From positions 1 to 56,562 of the forward strand of contig CAYNCT010000004.1 of assembly GCA_964396005.1 (NCBI GenBank): a DNA stretch of 56,562 bases, written 5' to 3'. Every line of letters begins with the position of its first letter. The stretch's first letter is position 1. This document shows positions 35,364 through 45,395 of this stretch, piece after piece. The notes beneath the pieces were generated by a model. It was not told the DNA's origin and searched no databases. It saw nothing but the letters and a program-made list of their open reading frames with translations. A program made the position numbers and the translations under genes. The stretch is from an uncultured Verrucomicrobiota bacterium (GTDB lineage: Bacteria; Verrucomicrobiota; Verrucomicrobiia; Limisphaerales; J093).

Positions 35364-37435
35364 TCAGTTGCGGGCCCGGAAGTACTGCTGCGCCCCCTGA
35401 CTGGCGGGCGCGAGGCGGTACGGGCTGGCGGGATTGCCGGGCACGTCGGTGTAGGGCCCATTCACCGTCGCGGCCTGCTGCAACCGGCCGGTAAACGTGA
35501 CCACGACGTCGGCGCCATCCCGGGCCACCTGGAGGGTGGGCACCTCGGACCCCGCCATGATGCGGATGTTGTCGAAACCTACGATCTCGTTCCACCAGGA
35601 GGTGAACCCGCGAATCTCGATGATCAGGTCGGTGGCTCCGGCGGGGATGGCGTAGGTGACGTCACGGAAGGTCAGCCCCAACTGGTTGCTGTTGCCGTGG
35701 TCAACGTCCACGAAGTATTTCTTCGACCCATCCGGAGCGCTGTAGCGCGCCAGCCGGACGGGAGTGCTATTGATGCCGTTCGGGTAGGCCATGATGTCGA
35801 GAAAATCACTGGTCTCGAAATCCAGGAACGTCGCCGCGAGGGCGATGGTAAGCCTGACGTTGTCCTTGCCAGCCACGTTGACCGGTCGAAGTTGAACCGA
35901 CCGGTAGCCCCCCAGGTCCCCGATTCGCTCGGGCGCCCATTTGTTGAGGCCGGAACCCGCAAAGAACGCCGTGCCCTCGAACCCGTTGAAGGGTCCGCCG
36001 CCGAAGACTGACCCGGGAGGCGTGTCGTTCGGTCCGTTCAGCAGCACCAAAAGCGGCACGACCACCTGCTCGCTGTCGCCCGCGGGGAGATACGAGTCCA
36101 CCGTGATCTGCCCGCTCAACACCACGTTGGCGATGGCGTCGCCCAACAGATCCCACGTGCCGCTGGTGATCGGGCTGGTATCATTTCCCCCCGCTTGAAT
36201 GGAGACGGACATTTCAATGCCGCCCGCGCCCCCGGAGTTAAAGACCGCAACTTCGAAGTCGTACAGCCCCGCCGTGGCGAATTCCGCGTCGCCGTAGCGC
36301 GCCCGATGTGTCCCCGCCGCGTCTTCGACGATCACGTTATCCTCCGGCCCGAAACCGTCGCGGTTCCGATCAATGCGCAAACGGGCGCCGTCATCCATCC
36401 CGAGCGCGAAGCTGTAGCGGCCCGCCGCCTTTACGTTCAGCTTGCCCCGGGCCACCAGGCCCCACACACCCGTCGCGTTGCCCGGCACCGCTTGGTCCAG
36501 CAGCCAATCCCCGGAGGAACCGTCGGAGTAGTCGAGATGGGTGGTCGTCTCCGTCGCCTTGACTGACGGCTTGGTTCCCGCCGCCATGGCGTCCACATCG
36601 GCCAAACTTGCCACCGTGGGGGGAATCACTCGCACCATGGTCGCCACCGTGGTGGCGCCCCCGGGCAGCACGTCCCCCATGAGGTTCCAGTTGGCCGAAA
36701 CGTCGGCCACCGTGAATGCAGCCGGCACACCGGCCGCCACCGGTGACTGCTGGCCACTACCGTGCCGCCTGTTGGCTCGAACGTGGCGGTGGTGCCGATG
36801 CTCGAGGTCAGCATGTCGTCGTGGTCCGCGGCTGAGAACACCAGAACGCCCTGGCGTGCGGTGGCGAAACGCGAGGGAGGACCGCCGGGCCCTTTGACAA
36901 TCACGTCGCCGGGATAAGCGGTATCGGCGGTGGTGCCATCGTCATCGGTCACGTTGTAGCCGAGAGTCGTGAGGTGATCCGCCAGACCTTGAGCCGCCGC
37001 GGCGTTGGGTGAAAAGACCACGGTGGCGTTCGCCTTGTCCCGGGCGAGCCAGCGGATAGTATTGCCGATCAAGCGCAGCGTGTCCGCCGAAGCGCCGCCG
37101 GGTCCGGCGGTCAACGCGCCATCCCAGGCCAGCAGCGCCCGGCGGCCGGCGGTCGGCGCGGGAACGCCCACATACGACACCTCCGAGCTGCGGGCCCAGT
37201 AGATCGGCCCGATCTGATCGCTGGCCGTGCCGTCAATATTCTCCGGGGCGTGTGGCGGCTCGGACTTGAAGCCTCCGGTCACGGTGTAGCGTGGATTCGG
37301 CCCGATCGAGCCATCGGTGTTGAAGTCCTCGACCCACACCGTTTCGGCCAGGCCGGTGCCGGTCGCCGCGGACAGCAGTCCCGCTGCCGACAGGAGCCGC
37401 AGGCAGGCGAGAGTTCGGGTTGGTTGTCCTCTCAT
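35364..37435 (-). pseudogene. Secreted PA14-like domain protein split by a 1-bp frameshift at about 36741-36742 (real or assembly error)
   Basis: The 5' ORF has the signal peptide and reads ...TVVASSH, then junk. The 3' ORF starts VAAGVPAAF. Only CG lies between CAC (36745-43) and GTG (36740-38); adding one C gives HPVAAG and a 690-aa protein. PA14-like GMDDGARLRID / FNSGG; ends QQYFRARN. Confidence 0.75.
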
Positions 37436-37647
37436 AGGTAGTGCTTGTGTTGGTTGTGCCGACGAGCCCGTTCGCGAACGGCGCGACCAGTTCCCGGCGG
37501 CGGTTTAAGCTGAGTTCATGGGGCTTGTAACCCGGGCGACTGCCGCTGACAAGCCAATAACGCCCCCTGCGGACGACGTTGCGGATTCCGGCTTGCGCCC
37601 GCGGCGGGCGGCCGCTGGAATCGGGTTGCGGGCGGCGGCGCAAGCTC

Positions 37648-39111
37648 ATGCAGGACTATCCCAAGCACTACTGCGGCGTGTTCGGTTTTTACGGGCAACC
37701 CAATGCCGCCGAACTCACCTATTACGGTCTCTACGCCCTCCAGCACCGCGGCCAGGAAAGCGCCGGCATCGTGACCTGCGACAAGGGCCGCTTCCACAAG
37801 CATCACGGCATGGGCCTGGTGCCGCAGATCTTTACGGGCCAGACGCTGCACCGGGACCTGGTCGGCTCGATCGCCGTCGGCCACACGCGCTACTCGACCA
37901 CCGGCTCCTCCCACTTGATCAACGCCCAACCCCTGACCGTGGACTGCAAGCGCGGCCAGATCGCCGTGGCCCACAACGGCAACCTGACCAACGCCGCCCA
38001 GCTTCGCGATGAGCTCGAAAGCCGCGGCCTGGTCTTCCAAACCACGGTGGACAGCGAGATCATCATAATGATGCTCGCGCAACCCCACCTCGGGGGCGTG
38101 GAAAACAACCTGGTGCAAACCGTGCGCCGCATCGAGGGTGCCTACTCCCTGGTCATCATGACCGAGAGGGAGTTGATCGGCGTGCGCGACCCCTACGGAT
38201 TTCGCCCGTTGTCCATCGGCCGCACCCCCGACGGTTGGGTCCTGTCCAGCGAGACCTGCGCCTTTGATGTCGTTGGCGCCCGACTGGTCCGCGACGTGGA
38301 ACCGGGGGAAGTCGTGGTCATTGATGAGCGCGGGTTGACGAGCATCCAGGCTTTTCCCGACCACCAACGCCGGGCGTTTTGCATCTTCGAGTACGTCTAT
38401 TTCGCGCGGCCGGACAGCACCCTTGCCGGCCGAAGCGTGTATCAAGCGCGGGTGGAAATGGGCCGCCAGCTCGCCCGGGAGCATCCGGTGGAGGCCGACC
38501 TGGTCGTCCCGGTACCCGACAGCGGCAATTGCGCGGCGCTGGGTTACTCGTTGGAGAGCGGCATCCCGTTCGAGATGGCGTTCGTCCGCAACCACTACGT
38601 CGGCCGCAGCTTCATTCAGCCTTCGCAATTGGCGCGGGACTCGGACGTAAAGATGAAGCTCAATCTGATCCGCGAGCTGGTGGAAAACAAACGCGTGATC
38701 GTGGTGGACGACTCGATCGTGCGCGGCACCACCAGTCGCGTGCGCGTGCAAAACCTCAAGCAAGCCGGAGCCCGGGCCGTCCATGTCATGGTAAGCTGCC
38801 CACCCCACCTGCATCCCTGCGTGTACGGCATAGATTTCCCGGACCCCAGCAAGCTGATGGCCGTCACGCACACGATGGACGAGATCTGCCGCTACTTGCA
38901 CGCGGACTCCGTGCATTACCTCTCGCACGCCGGCCTGGTGCGGGCCATCGGCCGGCCGCGCGAGGCGTTTTGCATGGCCTGTTACGACGGCAAATACCCG
39001 GTGCCCTACGATCGCACCCTGGACAAGGCGATCATGGAACGCCGCCGGCAGGACACCCGCACGCTGGGCGAATTGCTCGACCGGGAACAACGGCAGGTGC
39101 CGCTGCTGTGA
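37648..39111 (+). CDS. purF: Amidophosphoribosyltransferase
   Basis: Propeptide then CGVFG, LQHRGQE, GHTRYST, AHNGN, CIFEYVYFARPD, PVPDSG, VDDSIVRGTT. Start ATG 37648. Confidence 0.97.
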   Translation: MQDYPKHYCGVFGFYGQPNAAELTYYGLYALQHRGQESAGIVTCDKGRFHKHHGMGLVPQIFTGQTLHRDLVGSIAVGHTRYSTTGSSHLINAQPLTVDCKRGQIAVAHNGNLTNAAQLRDELESRGLVFQTTVDSEIIIMMLAQPHLGGVENNLVQTVRRIEGAYSLVIMTERELIGVRDPYGFRPLSIGRTPDGWVLSSETCAFDVVGARLVRDVEPGEVVVIDERGLTSIQAFPDHQRRAFCIFEYVYFARPDSTLAGRSVYQARVEMGRQLAREHPVEADLVVPVPDSGNCAALGYSLESGIPFEMAFVRNHYVGRSFIQPSQLARDSDVKMKLNLIRELVENKRVIVVDDSIVRGTTSRVRVQNLKQAGARAVHVMVSCPPHLHPCVYGIDFPDPSKLMAVTHTMDEICRYLHADSVHYLSHAGLVRAIGRPREAFCMACYDGKYPVPYDRTLDKAIMERRRQDTRTLGELLDREQRQVPLL

Positions 39112-39153
39112 ATCCCGCCCGGTCCGGGCCGGCTCTGCGCTACGCTCCCCGGA

Positions 39154-39702
39154 TCACAAGGCGAGGATCCGAAAGGCGAGTTCAAACCACAGCCCGTTGA
39201 ACTCGAATCGCATTTCCGGCGGGTCAAACCCACCGCCCACCCAGTACACCTCGTTGCGCGCCATCAGGAGTCCCTCCAGCTCTGCAAAAGCGTCCCCCTC
39301 GAGGCCGATGACCCGGTAACGGTTCCGGCGCAGGCCCGCCTTCGCCATTTGCCGGACCTGTTCCTCCGCCTCCGCCACGGAGGGTTTTAACACCCAGATT
39401 TCGGCCTCCGGCACTTTCACGGCCAGCCGGTCCAATCTGGCGACGTCGGCACCCCCGCACTCGACCCACAACACCGGGCGCAGCTCGTAGTCGCACTGGA
39501 GCAGGTCCGGCTCGAAGGGGATCAAATCCAGGTCCAACCGCGGCTCGATTTGCAATCGGTCACGGAAGAAAAGCAGATACCCGATGAGCCGGAGCAGCAC
39601 CCGCCCGCGGGTTTCACTGTCGCGCTGCCCGATCACCAGCTTGTGAGGGAAGGCCCGCCGGCGCTCCTCGCTGCGCAACTGGAAACTAAACTTGCCGGGC
39701 AT
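39154..39702 (-). CDS. YaeQ family protein
   Basis: KLVIGQRDSETRGRVLLRLIGY, EPDL...PVLWVECG. Confidence 0.75.
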   Translation of the reverse strand: MPGKFSFQLRSEERRRAFPHKLVIGQRDSETRGRVLLRLIGYLLFFRDRLQIEPRLDLDLIPFEPDLLQCDYELRPVLWVECGGADVARLDRLAVKVPEAEIWVLKPSVAEAEEQVRQMAKAGLRRNRYRVIGLEGDAFAELEGLLMARNEVYWVGGGFDPPEMRFEFNGLWFELAFRILAL

Positions 39703-39720
39703 GGCCGTCAGGAGGGCCGC

Positions 39721-40959
39721 TCACGGCTCGACCACCACAGGCAGCCCGACGCTCACGATGCCCGCCAGATATTCGGCATTCCAGTTGGCCAGACGGAAGC
39801 AACCGTGCGACTCGGTCCGCCCGACCTGCTCGGGCTCCGGTGTCCCGTGAATCCCGTAGCCCGGTTTGTCCAATCCGATCCACGCCACGCCCACCGGGTT
39901 GTTCGGCCCCGGAGGGATGTCGAGTTTCCGGTTCAGGCGCCGGGCCTCGGCGGATTCCTGGAAAATTTCCGGATTGAAGGTGTACACGGGATTGAGCGCC
40001 ACGCGCGCCACGCGCAGCGTGCCCACCGGTCGTTTCTCGACCCGCCGGGCGATGCTGCAGGGCATGAACGCAATCAAGTTCGCGCTCGCGTCGTAAGCGC
40101 GCAGCACCTTCCCGCCCAACTCGATCTTCAACCGCGCCGCCCGGGTTCGCGGAAGCGGCAGCACCTGGGGCACCTGGAGGGGCGCCCCGACCGCCACCGC
40201 TGACCAGTTCACTCGCGGATTGAGCTCGCGAATCAAGCGCGGGTGCGACCAGGAACGCTCGGCCACCAGCTCGAGAATCGTCTCGTAATCGAGTCGGTCC
40301 TGCTGCGACTTGCCCAGCCAGGTGCGCCTCAACGGACGCAAGCGCGCCACGTCGTCCGCGGTCACCCGGTAGGTGGCGATCGGCTCCGGGTCCAGCATAA
40401 GGGCGCGGCGGGTGGCCGAATCCAACACCCCGCTGATGGGCAGTCCGGCGTCCGCCTGAAACGCGCGCAGCGCCGCTCGGGTCTGGGAACCGGCCCGGCC
40501 ATCCATCGAACCGCTGGAAAAGCCGCGGCGGGCGAGGGCCAATTGCAGTTCGAAGGTCGTCCCCACCGGGCGCGCGCCGTCCCAGCGGCCGTTAAGCACC
40601 AGGTTGGTCGGGTACTGCGGCGGCCCCGGAGGCGGCGCCAGCTCCGGGAAGTTCGTGGTTGCTGCCGGCAGCCCGCTCGCTGGCGGCCCACTGGTTGCGC
40701 GCGGCGCCGGAGGCGGAAGGAGGACGTTCGTCGTCGCTGTCACCAGCGCCGCCGGCCGGGCCGGCGCACGCACAGCAAAAGCTCGCGGCGAGTTGGTCGC
40801 GGGGGCGGGCGCCGGCCTCGTCCGCCGCAAAGGTTCTCGACCGGAGTCCCAAAAGACCCAGGCCAGCACGGCCAAACCCGCCAGAGCCACGATCCAGTAG
40901 CTCAGGGAACGCAGGCGGCCGCGCCGGGACGGCGGTCGGTATCGCGTGTAAACGCGCAC
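39721..40959 (-). CDS. L,D-transpeptidase (YkuD) with PG-binding and LysM-like domains
   Basis: TM anchor, Pro/Ala linker, PG-binding LQLALARRGF..DG..G..TRAALRAFQ, catalytic YGIHGT...ESHGCFRL. Confidence 0.92.
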   Translation of the reverse strand: MRVYTRYRPPSRRGRLRSLSYWIVALAGLAVLAWVFWDSGREPLRRTRPAPAPATNSPRAFAVRAPARPAALVTATTNVLLPPPAPRATSGPPASGLPAATTNFPELAPPPGPPQYPTNLVLNGRWDGARPVGTTFELQLALARRGFSSGSMDGRAGSQTRAALRAFQADAGLPISGVLDSATRRALMLDPEPIATYRVTADDVARLRPLRRTWLGKSQQDRLDYETILELVAERSWSHPRLIRELNPRVNWSAVAVGAPLQVPQVLPLPRTRAARLKIELGGKVLRAYDASANLIAFMPCSIARRVEKRPVGTLRVARVALNPVYTFNPEIFQESAEARRLNRKLDIPPGPNNPVGVAWIGLDKPGYGIHGTPEPEQVGRTESHGCFRLANWNAEYLAGIVSVGLPVVVEP

Positions 40960-41128
40960 GTCGCCGATTTAGCCAAAAGCCTGGAAACCGCCCAAGCAGA
41001 TTTGCCCACGGCGACGACCTCCGCCCGCTTTCGCCGCCCGCTTTCGCCGCCCGGTCGCCCGGCGGCCCGTCGCGCCGGCGCGGCCGGGCCCCCTGCGGTT
41101 GCGATTCGCTTCGCGGGGGCATTTTGCG

Positions 41129-41157
41129 TTGCGACGAACCGCGACGCTGCCTACGTT
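41129..41157 (+). promoter_or_regulatory. Candidate glgP promoter
   Basis: TTGCGA-N17-TACGTT. Confidence 0.5.
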
Positions 41158-41212
41158 TCGCCGGCCTTGCCTTGGGGGCGAAGGAGAAACTCCAAACCAA
41201 CCGGACTTGAGC

Positions 41213-43363
41213 ATGGAATCGTTTGCGAAACCGACGGTGACAGAACTGGCGGCCGGACTTAACCGCATGGCGCGCAACCTGTGGTGGAGCTGGGATCAGG
41301 AAGCGCAGGACGTGCTGCGAGATCTGACCCCGCGCGGGTGGCAAAACCTGTACCACAACGCGGTGGCCGTGCTGCGCGAGGTCTCCAACTACGAGTTGCG
41401 GGTGCGCCTGCACGACCGCGAGCTGGCGGAGCGCGTGCGCCGCGTCCTGCATCATTTCGAGGCCTACCTCAACGACACCCACACCTGGGGCCATCAACAC
41501 GCCCCGCAGTTGTTGAAGAACCCGGTGGCGTATTTCTCGGCCGAGTTCTCGTTCCACGAGACCCTGCCCATCGCCGCAGGGGGGCTGGGGGTCCTGGCTG
41601 GCGATCACGCGAAGTCCGCGAGCGATCTGGGGTTGGGTTTTGTGGGGATCAGCCTGTTCTATCGCCAGGGCTATTTTCAGCAGACCATCAACCACGAGAA
41701 CTGGCAGAAGGAGCACTACACCACCCTGCATCCTCACCTGCTACCGTTGGATCCAGTGCTCAACGAGCGCGGCGAACCGCTGGTGTGCTCGGTGAAAATC
41801 GGCGTCAGCACGGTTCATTTCCACGCCTGGCGCGTCAACGTGGGCCGGGTGCCCGTGTACTTGCTCGACACCGACCGGCCCGAGAACGCGATGCACTTCC
41901 GCGAACTCACTGCCCGGGTGTACGGGGGCGACGAATCCACCCGCATTATGCAGGAGATTCTGCTGGGCGTGGGTGGCGTGCGGTTGCTGCGGGCCCTGGG
42001 CGTGAGCCCCTCGGTCTTCCACATGAATGAGGGCCACGCGGCCTTCCTCACGCTGGAACTGATCCGCGAGAAACTGGCCGCGGGACAGTCATTTGCCGCC
42101 GCCGAAGCCGCCACCCGCGCCGAGTGCATTTTCACCACCCACACCCCGGTGCCCGCTGGTCATGACCGCTTCAGCTCCGAATTGGTCGAGTACGCCGGCC
42201 ACAAATTCGCCGCGAACCTGGGCCTCTCGCACGAGCAACTCATGGACCTTGGCCGCGAACGCCCCGGCGACCCCGGCGACAAGTTCTGCATGACCGTGCT
42301 CGCTCTGCGCTACTCGCGCGCCGCCAACGGCGTCAGCGAACTCCACGGCCGGGTCAGTCGCGAGATGTGGCAGCAACTCTACGGCGCCAAGTCCCCGGAC
42401 GACGTCCCCATCGGGCACATCACCAACGGCGTGCACCTGGTGGGCTGGATGAAGGGGTCCGCTCGCCGGCTCATCAAGGACCGCTATTTCAGCCTCCATC
42501 CGGACAAACAGGTGCTCGACTGGATTGCCGACGCCAACTCGCCCGAGTTCTGGCAGCGGCTCGCTGATCCGGCGGTGGTTTCGGACGAGGAACTCTGGGC
42601 GCTGCGGTACAAGCTGCGGCGCGAATTGATCGAATTCACCCGGCGCCGGCTCCTGCTCCAGGGCCACTCGATCAGTCAGGAGGATTTCATCACGTTCGAC
42701 GCCTTCCTCAACCCCGACGCCCTGACCATCGGCTTTGCCCGGCGGTTCGCCACCTACAAGCGCGCCCCCCTGATCTTCGACCAGTTCGACAACGTCGTGC
42801 GGCTGGTCAAGGACACCGGCCGGCCGGTCCAGTTCATCTTCGCCGGCAAGGCCCATCCCCGCGACGACGAAGGCAAGCGCTTCATCCAACGGGTGATTCA
42901 CCTGAGCAAACACAGCGAACTGAGCGGTCATTTGGTGTTCATCGAGAACTACGACATCCACGTTGCCCGCCAGATGGTGGCCGGCTGCGACGTGTGGCTC
43001 AACAACCCGCGGCGCCCCCTCGAAGCCAGCGGCACCAGCGGCATGAAAACCGTCCCCCACGGCGGCCTGAACCTCAGCATCCTGGACGGCTGGTGGCGGG
43101 AGGGCTACGACGGCACCAATGGCTTTGCGATCGGCGACGACTCGCACCCGGACTCGATTGAAGAGCAGGACCGCCGAGACAGCGCCAACCTCTACAACGC
43201 CCTCGTGCAGGAGGTGATCCCGATGTTCTACAACCGCGACGCCGCCGGCCTCCCGCGTCAGTGGTTGATGCGCATCCGCCGCGCCTGGGTCACCCTCGCG
43301 GCGCGCTTCAGCACCTGGCGCATGGTGCAGGACTACACCACTCGCTATTACCTCACCCGTTAA
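41213..43363 (+). CDS. glgP: Alpha-glucan (glycogen/maltodextrin) phosphorylase
   Basis: AYFSAEF, GGLGVLAGD, HMNEGH, FTTHTPVPAGHD, ARRFATYKR, EASGTSGMK (PLP Lys). Start ATG 41213. Confidence 0.96.
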   Translation: MESFAKPTVTELAAGLNRMARNLWWSWDQEAQDVLRDLTPRGWQNLYHNAVAVLREVSNYELRVRLHDRELAERVRRVLHHFEAYLNDTHTWGHQHAPQLLKNPVAYFSAEFSFHETLPIAAGGLGVLAGDHAKSASDLGLGFVGISLFYRQGYFQQTINHENWQKEHYTTLHPHLLPLDPVLNERGEPLVCSVKIGVSTVHFHAWRVNVGRVPVYLLDTDRPENAMHFRELTARVYGGDESTRIMQEILLGVGGVRLLRALGVSPSVFHMNEGHAAFLTLELIREKLAAGQSFAAAEAATRAECIFTTHTPVPAGHDRFSSELVEYAGHKFAANLGLSHEQLMDLGRERPGDPGDKFCMTVLALRYSRAANGVSELHGRVSREMWQQLYGAKSPDDVPIGHITNGVHLVGWMKGSARRLIKDRYFSLHPDKQVLDWIADANSPEFWQRLADPAVVSDEELWALRYKLRRELIEFTRRRLLLQGHSISQEDFITFDAFLNPDALTIGFARRFATYKRAPLIFDQFDNVVRLVKDTGRPVQFIFAGKAHPRDDEGKRFIQRVIHLSKHSELSGHLVFIENYDIHVARQMVAGCDVWLNNPRRPLEASGTSGMKTVPHGGLNLSILDGWWREGYDGTNGFAIGDDSHPDSIEEQDRRDSANLYNALVQEVIPMFYNRDAAGLPRQWLMRIRRAWVTLAARFSTWRMVQDYTTRYYLTR

Positions 43364-43400
43364 GGGCGGGCGCGGCCGGCCGGCTCTGCCCCGCGCGGCG

Positions 43401-44522
43401 ATGCGCGACCTCAAGTCACTGACCCTCGACGAACTCCGCGAGGCGTTCCGGGCCTGGCAACAACCGGCCTACCGCGCCAGCCAGGTGTGCGAATGGTTGT
43501 ATCACCACCGCGTCACTGCCTTCGACGCGATGACCAACCTGCCCCGCGCCCTGCGCGAGCGTCTGAGCCGCGAGTTCACGCTGGGCGCGCTCTCCCTCGT
43601 CACCGTTCAGGGCTCCGGCGACACCACGCGCAAATTCCTGTGGCGGCTCGCGGACGGCGCCCTGATTGAAAGCGTCCTGATCCCGGCCACCCCGGCCCTT
43701 TATGGCGAGGCGGCCGACCGGCAGACGCTGTGCGTCTCGACGCAGGTGGGCTGCGCTTACGGCTGCCGGTTCTGCGCCAGCGGCCTGGATGGTTGGAAGC
43801 GCAATCTCGGCGCCGAGGAGATCGTCGAACAAGTGCTGGCCGTCGAACGGTGGGCCGCCGCCCAACCTCCGGCGTCCCCGCCTCCCACGCCCCTCGACGA
43901 ACCGACCGCCGCTGACCGCGCGGTCAACAACCTGGTCATCATGGGCATGGGCGAGCCATTGGCCAACTACGACAACCTTCTCCGGGCGCTCGCCATCCTC
44001 AACGCGCCGTGGGGAGGCAACATCGGCGCCCGCAAGATCACCGTCTCCACCAGCGGACTTTGCCCCCCGATCCGCCGCCTGGCCGACGAGCCCGCCCAAT
44101 ACCGCCTCGCCATTTCCCTCCACGGGGCCACGGATGACGTCCGCAACCGCCTCATGCCCGTCAACCGGAAGTATCCCCTGCGGGAACTGATCGCCGCCGC
44201 CGAATATTACCAGGCGCGGAAGGGCCGGATGATCACCCTCGAGTACATCCTCATCGCCGGCATCAACGACGGTCCCGACCAAATCCAGCCCCTCGCCGAA
44301 CTCGCCCGGCGGCTCCACGCCAAGATCAACCTGATCCCCTACAACCACGTGGCAGGACTCCCCTGGCAACGGCCTGCTGAACCCGCCCAGGACCGATTCC
44401 TCGCCGCCCTCCTCGAGGCCGGCGCCAACGCCACCTTGCGCCGCGAGAAAGGGCACGACATTGATGCCGCCTGCGGCCAACTCCGACTCAAGCAGGCGGC
44501 ACAAAAAACGCACGCCGCCTGA
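43401..44522 (+). CDS. rlmN: Dual-specificity RNA methyltransferase (radical SAM)
   Basis: LCVSTQVGCAYGCRFCASG, MGMGEPL, ITVSTSG, AACGQL. Confidence 0.96.
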   Translation: MRDLKSLTLDELREAFRAWQQPAYRASQVCEWLYHHRVTAFDAMTNLPRALRERLSREFTLGALSLVTVQGSGDTTRKFLWRLADGALIESVLIPATPALYGEAADRQTLCVSTQVGCAYGCRFCASGLDGWKRNLGAEEIVEQVLAVERWAAAQPPASPPPTPLDEPTAADRAVNNLVIMGMGEPLANYDNLLRALAILNAPWGGNIGARKITVSTSGLCPPIRRLADEPAQYRLAISLHGATDDVRNRLMPVNRKYPLRELIAAAEYYQARKGRMITLEYILIAGINDGPDQIQPLAELARRLHAKINLIPYNHVAGLPWQRPAEPAQDRFLAALLEAGANATLRREKGHDIDAACGQLRLKQAAQKTHAA

Positions 44523-44588
44523 CCCGGGCCACGCATCCGCAGGCCGGCGTCCGGGACAGCACCTCGCGGGCGCGGCTTCGCGGCGACC

Positions 44589-44617
44589 TTGGCTGAAGCC
44601 ACGGCGCGGGATACCCT
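44589..44617 (+). promoter_or_regulatory. Candidate short-leader promoter
   Basis: TTGGCT-N17-TACCCT-N9-ATG. Confidence 0.45.
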
Positions 44618-44626
44618 GCGGGGGTC

Positions 44627-45130
44627 ATGAGAATCACCGCTGCCCTCGGCCTCACGTTCTTTGAGTGGACCGAGCTGCTAAGCTATGTCGTCACCATCAT
44701 CGGCCTGCCGATGGCCATCCTCGTCTTCGTCTTCGAGCAGCGGAAGGAGCGGCGCGGCGAAGACGAGGAGATTTATCAGCGCCTCTCTGACGAATACGTC
44801 AGCTTCCAGAAACTGGTGCTCGACAACGCCGACCTGCGCCTGTTGCGCCAGGGTGGGCATGAGGTCCCGCTGAGTGAGGAGCAACAGGAGCGCAAGCTGG
44901 CCATCTTCAACATCCTCGTCTCGCTCTTCGAGCGCGCCTACATCCTCGTGTACGAAGAGCAAATGGACCGGCAAACGCGCCGCCTCTGGCTGTCGTGGGA
45001 GGACTACATGCGCGAATGGTGCCGCCGCAAAGACTTCCGGGACGCCCTCCCGGAGTTGCTTGGAGGCGAGGACGAGGAGTTCGCCGCGCACATCCGCCGC
45101 ATCGCCGACGAAGAGAGCCGCCGCTGCTGA
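44627..45130 (+). CDS. Hypothetical protein, single N-terminal TM helix plus helical domain
   Basis: LLSYVVTIIGLPMAILVFVFE TM segment, then a charged helical domain; has its own promoter-like sequence. Confidence 0.8.
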   Translation: MRITAALGLTFFEWTELLSYVVTIIGLPMAILVFVFEQRKERRGEDEEIYQRLSDEYVSFQKLVLDNADLRLLRQGGHEVPLSEEQQERKLAIFNILVSLFERAYILVYEEQMDRQTRRLWLSWEDYMREWCRRKDFRDALPELLGGEDEEFAAHIRRIADEESRRC

Positions 45131-45131
45131 G

Positions 45132-45322
45132 ACGGAACGATCCAATTGACTGCGGGGGCGAACGAGCCACTGGTCCGTTCTGTCGGGCGACTCGCCCGAC
45201 CGTCGAACGCACAAGGCTGCCATTGAAGCGGGTCCGGCTGCCGGGCGTAGGGCTGGGCGGCAAGTTGCCGCCGAGAACGGCCAAGTTGGCCGCTCCACCC
45301 AAAACCTACCCCGCCGCTCCGG
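45132..45322. mobile_element. ~190-bp MITE/REPIN-like dispersed element, copy 2
   Basis: Core 45155-45300 (146 bp) has 25 mismatches to copy 3 by hand count. Begins 1 nt after the TGA of the upstream gene. Confidence 0.8.
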
Positions 45323-45395
45323 CCGAGGCCGGCGACGCCCGGCCCGCCCACGTTCCCGCTCGCCAGTCCTGCCCGGTCCTCGCTACCGTCTGCCC

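Noticed and set aside
41021-41057. 13-bp tandem repeat CCGCCCGCTTTCG x2 plus a partial copy
   Set aside because: It is too short and GC-rich to distinguish from local slippage, and no function is evident.
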